A stretch of 33,266 nucleotides of DNA, from positions 1 to 33,266 of IMG/VR virus record IMGVR_UViG_3300009481_000051, one strand, 5' to 3'. The notes under the pieces are model-generated. The model made no database searches. It was not told the DNA's origin and was given only the letters and a program-made list of their open reading frames with translations. The stretch is from a virus. This document shows positions 17,312-25,710 of the stretch, one piece after another (position 1 is the stretch's first letter; every line of letters begins with the position of its first letter). Position numbers and translations under genes: made by a program.

Positions 17312-17623
17312 TTAGCCTTCCTTGTTGATTTCGAGTTTATCTTCAATATCAAAGTAGACCGCTGCCATTCCCTCGCGGAAAAAGCCCGCCTCGGCCCCTG
17401 ATCCCGGCACAAACCGGGTCACATGCACATATCGCAAGCGCATATCCTCTAGCACAGCCCTGCCTGCCGGTGTGTTAAAACACGCCCGGTAGGTTTCGGC
17501 CATAGCGTTTACTGCTTCACGCCGTTTGTCGTCCGGCGAAGTTGTCCCATCCATCGTCGCCCGGAATGCGGTCATTGACGCATCATCAAACGCGGGCTTA
17601 TTTCTTGGCCTCGCCATGTTCAT
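17312..17623 (-). CDS. Small portal-adjacent protein (103 aa), possibly Bbp19-family
   Basis: ATGA overlap with the portal stop. The pattern FNTPAGRAVLEDM...AGFFREGMAAVYFDI resembles the Bbp19-like family as I remember it (unverified). Confidence 0.5.
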   Translation of the reverse strand: MNMARPRNKPAFDDASMTAFRATMDGTTSPDDKRREAVNAMAETYRACFNTPAGRAVLEDMRLRYVHVTRFVPGSGAEAGFFREGMAAVYFDIEDKLEINKEG

Positions 17624-19272
17624 GCCGCAGCCTCCATTCCTTGTTTCTCAAGACGCTGAACCTCTGCCGTGGCAGCGCCCGGCTCCGCTCCGGCTTCCTG
17701 CGCCTTCAATTCAGCGGCTGTGGCCTTGAGTTTTTCGCGCACGGGCTGCGGGTTCATGTGTCTTTGGTCAATGTCCATAAGCTCCGCAACATCATCCATG
17801 ATGCTTTCCATATTGACCATGAGGTGTTGAAACTCCGGCCCGCCAACCTGACCAAGAAGCTCCACAAAGTTAATCAGGTTTTGAACCTCATTCATCGCCT
17901 CGGCCTTGGCGAGCGGGGAAGTCATTTTGACCCGGATCAGGAATTGGTCAATATCAACTGCCAGTCCGGCTGGCATCAATTGCTTGCTGTCCAAAATATC
18001 AACACAGCGCTGCACAGCCGGAACCACAAATTCACCGTGCAACCGACCAAGCCCGCCAGCCGCGTCGGCGATCAACTCCCGAATGCGCTCAACAAACTCT
18101 GTGGCGCTGCGCACTGGCCCCGCCTCGCTTGGCAGCGAATTGTCGCCCAATACCTTTTTGATATTTTCGTGCAGCTTTTCGAGCAACACCTCACCAAAGC
18201 CCAGCGTTGATGGGTTTTCAAGTCGCATAAGGCTCGGGCCTTGCGGTCCGCCATTACTGCGAACTTTGATAACCGAGTGCGGCTTTAAAACCAGAGACTG
18301 CGCATCGTTTACCAGCGCATCGTCGGTGCTTGTCCAAATACCACCGACCGTAATCATGGCTGACCGCAGCGTAAGTTCCACGATTTTGTTGGCGGTTCTC
18401 ACGTCCGGCAATGCGAATATACCCGGACCCCGGCCCATATTCTCGCCCGCCAGCACCATATTGCGCGGCGTAATGAACGGGCTGGAAATATATTGCCTGC
18501 TGACAATCCGTTCGTTCTTGTTGTCCGAAATTTTGGCGTGGACCTCATACCGGAATGGCCGGTCTTTTTTCTCTTTGATGTCGTGATCCCGATAGCAAAT
18601 GATGCAAAGATCAACGTCTGGCGGGTCTGTCATTGCCGCCTTTTCGGTCAATAGCTGACCAAGTTTCGCGTCCTTCCACATCCGCTGAATGTCATCGGCT
18701 TTTTGCGTGTCCCAAAAAAACCACTTATCAACAATGCCGTTTGGTCCCTTTTGTGGCCAGAACGTGCCAAGCGGCATTGACGTGAAGATCACAGGCGGAC
18801 CAATCAAATCCTCATTGGGCATCATCATCATGCCACCCATGCCTATCTGGTAATCAAGATAAACCTCATGGCTGGTTGTGGCAAAGCCCGGCCCTTGGAA
18901 CACGGCCTGCGTAATCGCCGTTGAGGCCTCCAGCTCCGCAATAACCTGCTTTTTGCTTTTGCCGCCCGTGAAGTTTGCAAAGACTTCTTCGGAAATCAAT
19001 TTCACCGCCGGGCCAAGCTCAATTTCGTAAAACGGGCTTGATTGCGGCGTGAAGTCTGACGAATACCGATTGGCTGACCGGATCAGGGATATTTGCGCTT
19101 GGCCGTCCCAATTGATCGCTGGCTTTTGTTCGCCATCAACCCGCCCGTCAATAATGTTGCGGTCTGGGAAATACAGGTCCATCGCCTCGCGGTAGATCGT
19201 ATTCGCTGCGGATTTTTCGGCCTCGGCTTTTTTGACGCGGCGCTTGACCTGCGATTTGCTCCATTGCGCCAT
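17620..19272 (-). CDS. Portal (head-tail connector) protein, 550 aa
   Basis: The size fits, and the gene lies upstream of scaffold and capsid and downstream of TerL. It has an acidic/Ala-rich C-terminal tail. Confidence 0.75.
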   Translation of the reverse strand: MAQWSKSQVKRRVKKAEAEKSAANTIYREAMDLYFPDRNIIDGRVDGEQKPAINWDGQAQISLIRSANRYSSDFTPQSSPFYEIELGPAVKLISEEVFANFTGGKSKKQVIAELEASTAITQAVFQGPGFATTSHEVYLDYQIGMGGMMMMPNEDLIGPPVIFTSMPLGTFWPQKGPNGIVDKWFFWDTQKADDIQRMWKDAKLGQLLTEKAAMTDPPDVDLCIICYRDHDIKEKKDRPFRYEVHAKISDNKNERIVSRQYISSPFITPRNMVLAGENMGRGPGIFALPDVRTANKIVELTLRSAMITVGGIWTSTDDALVNDAQSLVLKPHSVIKVRSNGGPQGPSLMRLENPSTLGFGEVLLEKLHENIKKVLGDNSLPSEAGPVRSATEFVERIRELIADAAGGLGRLHGEFVVPAVQRCVDILDSKQLMPAGLAVDIDQFLIRVKMTSPLAKAEAMNEVQNLINFVELLGQVGGPEFQHLMVNMESIMDDVAELMDIDQRHMNPQPVREKLKATAAELKAQEAGAEPGAATAEVQRLEKQGMEAAA

Positions 19273-19273
19273 G

Positions 19274-19744
19274 TCAGCCGCCTATAATTGGCTGCGCTCG
19301 CATCACGGGAACACCCGATCTGGTGGTGCGAGGGGCGCGGGCTTTGGGGGTTTCGACCTTCTTAGGCTTGCTTTTGTTTCGACGGCGGGCCAGTCGTTGT
19401 GACCGCGTTCTGCCGTTCTTGTCAGATACCTCACCGACCAAAAACGCGCGGCCTTTGCGTTTAAACAGGCGCTGTTGTTCGCCGCGCTGCGTTGACCGCG
19501 CGGCCTCCTCATTCTCTCGCTGCGTTGGGTTGTCAGTAATGCCAGTGGCTGGTTCTGGCGCAGGATCAACCTTTCTGCGCCTTGTTGGTTGGCCACCGCC
19601 CTGTCCGCGTTCCCGAGATAATGCGGGCGGCTGGTTTTGCCGGTGTCGCGCCTGTTGTTCGTGCGCAGGCTTTACGCCCGGCCTTTTCCCCTCTCTGCGC
19701 CTTGGTTGGCCACCGCCACCGACCGCGCCGCTGGCGCTGCTCAT
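19274..19744 (-). CDS. Highly basic Arg/Lys/Gly/Pro-rich, disordered-looking protein (156 aa)
   Basis: The ATG forms an ATGA overlap with the upstream stop. Its own stop lies 1 nt before the portal ATG. It contains an internal repeat, GGGQP(R/T)RRR. Confidence 0.5.
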   Translation of the reverse strand: MSSASGAVGGGGQPRRREGKRPGVKPAHEQQARHRQNQPPALSRERGQGGGQPTRRRKVDPAPEPATGITDNPTQRENEEAARSTQRGEQQRLFKRKGRAFLVGEVSDKNGRTRSQRLARRRNKSKPKKVETPKARAPRTTRSGVPVMRAQPIIGG

Positions 19745-20145
19745 GGTTTTTTCCACATATAAAGGCTCATGTCGTATCCTCCCGGACTAAGGCTATCCGC
19801 TGGGCCGCAGTCATACTGGAAATTGAACGCTCTGGCAAATGTTATAGCTACAGCATCATCAGACCTGATCCACGCCCGCAAAACATCGTAAGGGCCGACA
19901 TGCTCAAATGACCGCCAGCGCTTAATCAGCGGACGCATAGCCAAGGCCGTCAGACCAACACCGGGAAAACCAACGAACCAACCCCGCCTGTCTCCGTCAG
20001 GAACCACCATTGCCGCCGCAATCAGCCTGCCGTCATCGGTCTCTAGGCACCATTGCCATCTGGCGTTCTGCAAGCCTGTGGCGATGGACCTGTATTGCGC
20101 ATAGCTTTCATCAATCGTTCTTTGATCGTTTTGTTGCGACAACAT
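19741..20145 (-). CDS. Hypothetical protein, possibly with a small GNAT-like fold; start uncertain
   Basis: The ORF is open up to 20265, but that start would overlap the upstream gene by 155 nt. The ATG at 20145 minimises the overlap. ATGs at 20193 and 20202 have G-rich upstream sequence and remain alternatives. Confidence 0.45.
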   Translation of the reverse strand: MLSQQNDQRTIDESYAQYRSIATGLQNARWQWCLETDDGRLIAAAMVVPDGDRRGWFVGFPGVGLTALAMRPLIKRWRSFEHVGPYDVLRAWIRSDDAVAITFARAFNFQYDCGPADSLSPGGYDMSLYMWKKP

Positions 20146-20575
20146 GGCCGGTAGGGTCTGTGTCCCCGCCAGACGTTGGAATAACTTCGCCATACCCTTC
20201 ATCCCCCGGTGATCGACCGCTTTCATCCTGCCGGACAACCGGCCTTGTGGCCTTTGTTTTGACATCCCCGCTTACCATGCGCTGGGCATCAGCCCCGCCG
20301 TCAATGTGTTCCGGCTTTAAGTCGATAAAAAACTCTTGACTGTCCGCCCTGATCCACAGCCCCGGCTTGACGGGTAATTGTTCAGCCTGTGTGACGCGCA
20401 AGAACGTAGTCCGGCGTATGTGAATGCGGCCCTGACTGTCCAACCTCACGCTTTCCGGCCAAGGCCATGCGTCATTATCCACCACGACAAAGCGCGGCAA
20501 CATCGCCACATTGCCCTTGCAGGCGGCAAGCAGTGTTTTACGGCTTAAATCAATGTTGATGTCAGTCAAAGACAT
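20111..20575 (-). CDS. Hypothetical protein (154 aa)
   Basis: ATG at 20575 with GGAGGGG 6 nt upstream. It overlaps the TerL 3' end by 14 nt. Confidence 0.55.
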   Translation of the reverse strand: MSLTDINIDLSRKTLLAACKGNVAMLPRFVVVDNDAWPWPESVRLDSQGRIHIRRTTFLRVTQAEQLPVKPGLWIRADSQEFFIDLKPEHIDGGADAQRMVSGDVKTKATRPVVRQDESGRSPGDEGYGEVIPTSGGDTDPTGHVVATKRSKND

Positions 20576-22193
20576 TAAAATCCCCTCCACCGGCTGTCAC
20601 AACAACGGCCTTGTCTGACTTGCGCCGCCCGCCGATCCTCTCAAACTCGCCCATACCAAGCAGACCGTAGCCACCGCCGTCACATGGATGTGAGTAATCA
20701 TTCTTGACTGGCTTGTCAGAGAACGCAACCTCACCCGAGACCTGATAACGCTTGTAATGCCACGCCCCTGCAAGCCCTTTGCGAAACTTCGGGCAGCGCT
20801 CCGCCGACACCAGCAACCCCGGCTTGCCGTCAATAATGCGCTCGCACGGCCCAGCCAATGCGGCAATCCTCATTTTCGGGTCTTGGCTTGGCGCGGGTCT
20901 ACAGTCAAACCCGTGTTCAGCCCGAAGATAATCAAAGCTCGCGGTCTCGAATATTTCATCCCGGCTAACCCCGGCTGGATCACCCCAAAACGTGCCTATT
21001 TTGCCTTCCGTCACTTGTTTGGGGAAATGCTTCACCAAGTAGCTCGACACCAACTCGCCGAACCTCTTAACACCCATATCATAACAAACGACCTCGCCTT
21101 GCGCCAAGTGATTGCCGCGCGGGTGGCGTTGAAAAAAAATGGCGCTGGGCTGTAGCGTGCCGCCGCCAATATCCATTCCGACAACGACTTCTTCATCCTG
21201 CAATATCGCCATGCCTGAAATAGCCTGAGTGGCGTCGTGGTACTGTGGGACGCAGCGCCGCCCATCCTGCACGTAAACATAAACGCCCTGCAAGTAGCTT
21301 TGGATTTCTGCCAGCGTTTTCCCCGCCAGCGCCCGCCCGTAATAACTGTTGGCACCCAGCGGGTTTTCTTCGGCTGATACTCGGGACAGCGCCACCATGT
21401 TTTCGGCCCACGGGCTGACAATCCAGTGACGATCCGCAGCGGCAATTACCTCGATAGGGCAATCAACCCACTGCACCCGGCCCTTGAAGTAAATCAGAAC
21501 CTCCGCCGAACTGATCTTGACGCCCTCATGCTCCGGGAAATTTTCATCGTTGATGACCGCCCCGCCCCTTATTGGCGTGACCTCTAACACGCCCGGCGGC
21601 TGGTGGTAAAACTCGTAGCCGTCTGGCCGGTTCACCTTGTCCCATTCATAAAGCCAGTGGTCGGCGTCAGGCGCGTTTGTGTCACCCCACATGCCGGACC
21701 ACGTTGAAACGCGCTCGTTGATCCCGAAGCGACCAACCCGCTCGGTCACGCGAGAGACCACGGAGCGCGGTATTTCCCTAATTTCGTTAAGCGCCGCACC
21801 AGTCAATTCCAGCGACAACAGTTTTTTTACATCAGCCGGACGGTCAAGCGCAATGAAGTTGGTTTCGATTTCCAGCTTGCCACCGCGTGGCTTGAAATAA
21901 TGTGTCGGCGGGCTGCGCCAGATTATATCCCCGGTTTTGTGCGCGGGATAAACTTGTTGGAATGTGACGGCGGTGGTAGAGCGCAACTCAGGCATTGTGT
22001 TGCGAATGATGGCAAACCGCGAGCGCCTAACGCCGTCCGGGCTTGGGGCTTGAGCCGCCCCGATCTGCGCAATGCGCATCAACAGCGGCACGGTCTTGCC
22101 CGATCCGACAGGGCCAATTGCAAAGGATGCAAAGTTTCTGTCGTTTAGGATGTTAAACGCCACAGGGCTGGTTTCGAAATTCCACTCAGGCAC
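20562..22193 (-). CDS. terL: Terminase large subunit (543 aa)
   Basis: GTG start with AAGGAG 7 nt upstream. Walker A is FAIGPVGSGKT, followed by FAIIRNTMPELRSTT. Size and position are typical of TerL. Confidence 0.9.
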   Translation of the reverse strand: MPEWNFETSPVAFNILNDRNFASFAIGPVGSGKTVPLLMRIAQIGAAQAPSPDGVRRSRFAIIRNTMPELRSTTAVTFQQVYPAHKTGDIIWRSPPTHYFKPRGGKLEIETNFIALDRPADVKKLLSLELTGAALNEIREIPRSVVSRVTERVGRFGINERVSTWSGMWGDTNAPDADHWLYEWDKVNRPDGYEFYHQPPGVLEVTPIRGGAVINDENFPEHEGVKISSAEVLIYFKGRVQWVDCPIEVIAAADRHWIVSPWAENMVALSRVSAEENPLGANSYYGRALAGKTLAEIQSYLQGVYVYVQDGRRCVPQYHDATQAISGMAILQDEEVVVGMDIGGGTLQPSAIFFQRHPRGNHLAQGEVVCYDMGVKRFGELVSSYLVKHFPKQVTEGKIGTFWGDPAGVSRDEIFETASFDYLRAEHGFDCRPAPSQDPKMRIAALAGPCERIIDGKPGLLVSAERCPKFRKGLAGAWHYKRYQVSGEVAFSDKPVKNDYSHPCDGGGYGLLGMGEFERIGGRRKSDKAVVVTAGGGDFNVFD

Positions 22194-22313
22194 CGGGTCG
22201 CTCCTTTTTTAGTCGGCAGGCGGCACCGGGAAACCACCCCCAGCGTTATCCGCCTGCCTAAACCCGGATACGGTCACACAACGAGGGGTGCAGGTGCCGG
22301 TCGGGGTTGTTTC

Positions 22314-22610
22314 TTATCCGCTGTCGCCCAACAGCCCACGCCGCACAGTCCGGCGCTCATAGATTTCATGCGTGCGCAATTCAAACACGCGACGGCCTGT
22401 GTCAAGCGCCTCGTTTATCGCCGCTTCAATAGCTTTGGTATCGTCGGCACCGAACCACGCCGGGTAACGGCGAACCGTCCCGTCCTTTTTGTTGATCGTG
22501 TGTGTAACGATACAGGTCATGGGCTTTGCCTGCACGTCAGTTGGCGGCACATATTCGTCCTTCACACCTTCTGCTTTTCCGCTTGGTTTTGTCTGCTTAT
22601 CGTCAGTCAT
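22314..22610 (-). CDS. Hypothetical protein (98 aa)
   Basis: ATG (MTDDKQTKP...) preceded by GAGG. It forms an ATGA overlap with the upstream wHTH gene. Confidence 0.55.
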   Translation of the reverse strand: MTDDKQTKPSGKAEGVKDEYVPPTDVQAKPMTCIVTHTINKKDGTVRRYPAWFGADDTKAIEAAINEALDTGRRVFELRTHEIYERRTVRRGLLGDSG

Positions 22611-22909
22611 ATTAACCTCATTTGTGTTGGCCGGACAGGAACCATTTCCCACAGGCTCTGTTTTTTCCCGAATTGGGAAAGGTTTGTGCCGTTCGCCCGG
22701 ATCAACCCGGCGTTCTGCAATTCTGTCAATCGCGGCCTGACCGAGACCAGTGGGCGCTCAAGGAAGTCTGCGATCCGCTCAACATCAATTGGACCAGCCG
22801 ACATGATGATTTCAAGCACCATCGCCTGCAACGTCATCGGTTTTGTTGGTGCTGCGGCCTTGCTGGTCGCTGTGTTCTGGTAGCCTACGCCCTGCGTGTT
22901 ATATGGCAT
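22607..22909 (-). CDS. Winged-helix (MarR-like) DNA-binding protein (100 aa)
   Basis: Internal ATG with GGAGGG upstream. The motif LQAMVLEIIMSAGPIDVERIADFLERPLVSVRPRLTELQNAGLIRANG fits a wHTH pattern. Confidence 0.6.
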   Translation of the reverse strand: MPYNTQGVGYQNTATSKAAAPTKPMTLQAMVLEIIMSAGPIDVERIADFLERPLVSVRPRLTELQNAGLIRANGTNLSQFGKKQSLWEMVPVRPTQMRLI

Positions 22910-23186
22910 CGTCACCCTCCGAATAATCCCCGTATAGCTCGCCGCGTTTTCGCTTGACCTTTGGCGGCTGTAGGGCTGGTTGTTCCCGATAAACCTCAAC
23001 GCGATCACCATGACCGTTGAGTGTGCCGATGACGACCAGCAGGCCGTCATCGCGCCAGCCTTCAAACGTGACCAGCTTGAAGGGCTTACCGGGCAACCTG
23101 CTTATGCAGCGCGGCACCGCCAGAAAATTATGGCAGCGGGCGATTGCGCTATCCCGCCACGCCTTGCGGATTATTGCTTGGCTCAT
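22899..23186 (-). CDS. Hypothetical protein (95 aa)
   Basis: ATGA overlap with the upstream gene. Same-strand operon context. Confidence 0.5.
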   Translation of the reverse strand: MSQAIIRKAWRDSAIARCHNFLAVPRCISRLPGKPFKLVTFEGWRDDGLLVVIGTLNGHGDRVEVYREQPALQPPKVKRKRGELYGDYSEGDDAI

Positions 23187-23389
23187 ATCGGCAACTGGTT
23201 CTTGTAATTCGTATACGCGCTGGACCCAATCATCGCCAACTCAATCTCGTCAGCAATTCGCGCCAAATAGTCAGTCGATAGACCCAAGTTGTCATCTGCG
23301 ACGGCTGTCAGCCTTCCATCTGCGGCAATAAAGACACGCATCAACGTAATGCCTTCGTGTGCCTGTTCGTAGTTCTTTTTCCCGGTCAT
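23183..23389 (-). CDS. Hypothetical protein (68 aa)
   Basis: Internal ATG (MTGKKNYEQ...) with GAAGGGGA upstream. The remainder of the 169-aa track ORF overlaps the VRR-NUC gene and was discarded. Confidence 0.55.
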   Translation of the reverse strand: MTGKKNYEQAHEGITLMRVFIAADGRLTAVADDNLGLSTDYLARIADEIELAMIGSSAYTNYKNQLPI

Positions 23390-23426
23390 TGTGATATTCC
23401 CCTTCTTGGTTTGGTTCCGCCTGATC

Positions 23427-23810
23427 CTACAGCTTTTTAACCCGTGTTGGCAATCCCGCGACCTCAAGAAACCGCTCAAGATCATCCAGCGATCGCACCA
23501 CCACGAACGACCAGCCCTGTGCGTTAAACAGGCCACGCACCCTCTGTTGCTCCGGCGAAAGCACACCCTTGGCCGTCTTAACTTCAAGCCCGTACAATGT
23601 CCCGCCGCAAGCCACGCACAGGTCGGGAAAGCCGGGTAGTTGCCCCATGCGTCCTTGCAGCGCGTTGGCGCGTCTGGCGGCGTCACCCGCAAGCGGTATG
23701 CCGTTGGGCGTATGCCAGAAAAACGTCAGCGCCGGATCAAGCACCGCCGCAAGATAATCAGCCATATGAATTTGCAATTGGGTCTCTGGGTTGAGGCGCG
23801 ATCTGGTCAT
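23427..23810 (-). CDS. VRR-NUC (PD-(D/E)xK) nuclease (127 aa)
   Basis: Motif GFPDLCVACGGTLYGLEVKTAKGVLSPEQQRVRGLFNAQGWSFVVV. I chose the start at the first ATG after the upstream stop; 23855 is an alternative. Confidence 0.7.
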   Translation of the reverse strand: MTRSRLNPETQLQIHMADYLAAVLDPALTFFWHTPNGIPLAGDAARRANALQGRMGQLPGFPDLCVACGGTLYGLEVKTAKGVLSPEQQRVRGLFNAQGWSFVVVRSLDDLERFLEVAGLPTRVKKL

Positions 23811-23823
23811 TTTTTTACCAATC

Positions 23824-24258
23824 TCAACAATGTGTTTGGTTGTCTGATGGTTCATCCTCTCTGTTTGGTGGGGTGGGTAGGGGTTGCCAAACATCATCCC
23901 CGTACTCTTTGCTCTTATGGAAAAATACGGGTCGTGTAAGTCCGCCTCTATCCTCATCAGATCGAAAGCCTTTATGTACGGTGTCAAAACGACAACGAAC
24001 AATCAGGTTCATCATCCTAGGATAACACACAAGAAATGTCGTTCCATCCTTTGGCGCTGACCCTATATCTCGCCACTTGCTTGGCTCGTCCACCAGTGCG
24101 GCAAGAACTCGGTTCGCGTTCCGCTCGGTCAGTCCTTTGATTGTGGTGCAGCCCCCGACGCCGTCAATTCCGTAAATCTTGCCAGACCTCCAGTTTTCCT
24201 CATCCTGCATTCCATAGGGTTGGTATATGTACGGTCCTTTCGGCTCTACGTTTGTCAT
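23824..24258 (-). CDS. DUF551-like phage protein (144 aa)
   Basis: The motif WRDIGSAPKDGTTFLV is typical of a common phage family of unknown function (from memory). Confidence 0.55.
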   Translation of the reverse strand: MTNVEPKGPYIYQPYGMQDEENWRSGKIYGIDGVGGCTTIKGLTERNANRVLAALVDEPSKWRDIGSAPKDGTTFLVCYPRMMNLIVRCRFDTVHKGFRSDEDRGGLTRPVFFHKSKEYGDDVWQPLPTPPNREDEPSDNQTHC

Positions 24259-24383
24259 GTGTCTGTTTCCTTTATTAGTGCAGCGCGGACGCGGGCATCG
24301 TAGTCGGCTTGGGCGGTGTGCGGGCGGGGGGATGCGTGTGACACCACTTCAACCCCGTCCTGACCAGATGCGTAGGCAGACAT
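24255..24383 (-). CDS. Possible small protein (42 aa), below the ORF track's size cutoff
   Basis: Hand translation gives MSAYASGQDGVEVVSHASPRPHTAQADYDARVRAALIKETDT*. Its stop forms an ATGA overlap with the next gene, and it fills the 147-nt gap after TerS. The RBS is weak. Confidence 0.35.
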   Translation of the reverse strand: MSAYASGQDGVEVVSHASPRPHTAQADYDARVRAALIKETDT

Positions 24384-24405
24384 TCTGCGTTCTTTGGTTA
24401 TTTCA

Positions 24406-24861
24406 TCAGTCATCGGTATCCCCCTCGGTAAATTTTACGACAGCCTTCCTGTCGGTAACAGGCGCGATCTGGTTCATGGTAAATGTATTCTCGTTTTCTC
24501 CGGTCGGCCCGTCAACCCCCGGTTCTTTCCAATCGTGATTAACCTCCAGATTGAACTGTGCGCCCCGGCTCATTTTATTATCGTACAGCGCTTCCTCTGC
24601 AAATTCCTCAATTCGCTGCCTCGCACGCGCGTAAACGTGTGAATATTCATCCTTTGTCGCGTAGTTTATCAACCCCTTGCGAGACAGGCCCAGAAACAGC
24701 GCCAAGCCGGACATCGTTGGAACTCTTGTTGTGGGCAGTTCGATTTTATTCCCGTCAGCGCCGATGACTATTTCAACGCCACCACGGCTTTTGAAGTATT
24801 CTTCAATCCGTTCCTGCAAGTGCTTTTCCGACTTGAACGCGAGTTTTCCCCTAGTTGCCAT
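24406..24861 (-). CDS. terS: Terminase small subunit (151 aa)
   Basis: HTH motif PTMSGLALFLGLSRKGLINY and RGAQFNLEVNHDWKE match the TerS pattern I recall (Terminase_2-like). The ATG shares one base with the MTase stop. Confidence 0.7.
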   Translation of the reverse strand: MATRGKLAFKSEKHLQERIEEYFKSRGGVEIVIGADGNKIELPTTRVPTMSGLALFLGLSRKGLINYATKDEYSHVYARARQRIEEFAEEALYDNKMSRGAQFNLEVNHDWKEPGVDGPTGENENTFTMNQIAPVTDRKAVVKFTEGDTDD

Positions 24862-25487
24862 TATTTTGTAACCTTAAAAACCATGAAATACGAATGGTAG
24901 ACCCTCGCGTGTTTTTGCTTTGGCCGCTGACCGTTGACCTTTGGTTGTGGCATCCTGTGCTTCGCGTTGAGGATAAACATATCCAACAGACGAAACCCTA
25001 CTTCTGCCGCCCACACTGTTGCTAAGATGTGCGTAGGTTTTAGCGCGTGATTGTGGATTATGTCCTGACACTTCAAAATCATAATGCCTTTATCCCGCAA
25101 GACCCTTGCTACGTCCGCGAATGTCTGGCGATAGTGTTCTTCCAGCTCGTTATACCTCCAATATCCAGAAAACTTGTCCGCCATCACCATTCCGCCGTTT
25201 TCGTTTCTAGCCCCCGGCTTACTGGCTTTGACGTAACAAAGGAACGGAGGGTCGAACACAACACTTTTTAAGGCGTCGTTTATTACGGGAATGTTGGTTG
25301 ACGACGCGGTGATTGTGTCAGCCAGTCCCTCGTGAATATCGAACCGAAGGCCCGGCCGGGACGCCATCCTTTTATAGAACCCACCGTTTCCAAAAGTAAC
25401 ATCGCAATCGAACATTTCCCCATTGTTATGCAACTCCATTATCGCCGTGAGGATTTCCGTTTGATCGTATGATGTTGTTTTAATCAT
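24861..25487 (-). CDS. DNA methyltransferase (N6-adenine or N4-cytosine class, 208 aa); no cognate restriction enzyme seen
   Basis: SAM motif TFGNGGFY comes first, then catalytic motif VVFDPPFLC (DPPF). No restriction-enzyme-like neighbour is present. Confidence 0.75.
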   Translation of the reverse strand: MIKTTSYDQTEILTAIMELHNNGEMFDCDVTFGNGGFYKRMASRPGLRFDIHEGLADTITASSTNIPVINDALKSVVFDPPFLCYVKASKPGARNENGGMVMADKFSGYWRYNELEEHYRQTFADVARVLRDKGIMILKCQDIIHNHALKPTHILATVWAAEVGFRLLDMFILNAKHRMPQPKVNGQRPKQKHARVYHSYFMVFKVTK

Positions 25488-25710
25488 CTTGATACCGGGC
25501 CTTAAGCATGGCGTCGGCCTGCGCCCACGCCTCGTCTGCGATTGATTTCAGGGAAACGGCTTTGTCGGCTGTGAGGGTGATGATAGCCGGTAATGCTGCC
25601 ATAGCAAAAGCGTCGCGTAGGCTCATGCCTGCGTGGTGCTCAAATTCCACGACTGGATAGGCTGGCCCGCCGTCGCTTCCGTCTTTGCGCAGTTCCAAAT
25701 GTGATGTCAT
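25480..25710 (-). CDS. Hypothetical conserved phage protein (76 aa)
   Basis: The ATG abuts the upstream stop. The motif GMSLRDAFAMAALPAI recurs in small phage proteins (from memory). Confidence 0.55.
   Translation of the reverse strand: MTSHLELRKDGSDGGPAYPVVEFEHHAGMSLRDAFAMAALPAIITLTADKAVSLKSIADEAWAQADAMLKARYQDD

Noticed and set aside
22215-22258. The hairpin upstream of TerL as a rho-independent terminator
   Set aside because: No T/U tract follows the stem in the direction of transcription; an A-run and the TerL RBS follow instead. The 26-nt loop is also too large.
23390-23692. N-terminal 101 codons of the 169-aa ORF 23183-23692
   Set aside because: This part overlaps the VRR-NUC gene in another frame and has an implausible Cys/Arg/Trp-rich sequence. 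A good RBS and ATG at 23389 define a 68-aa gene instead.
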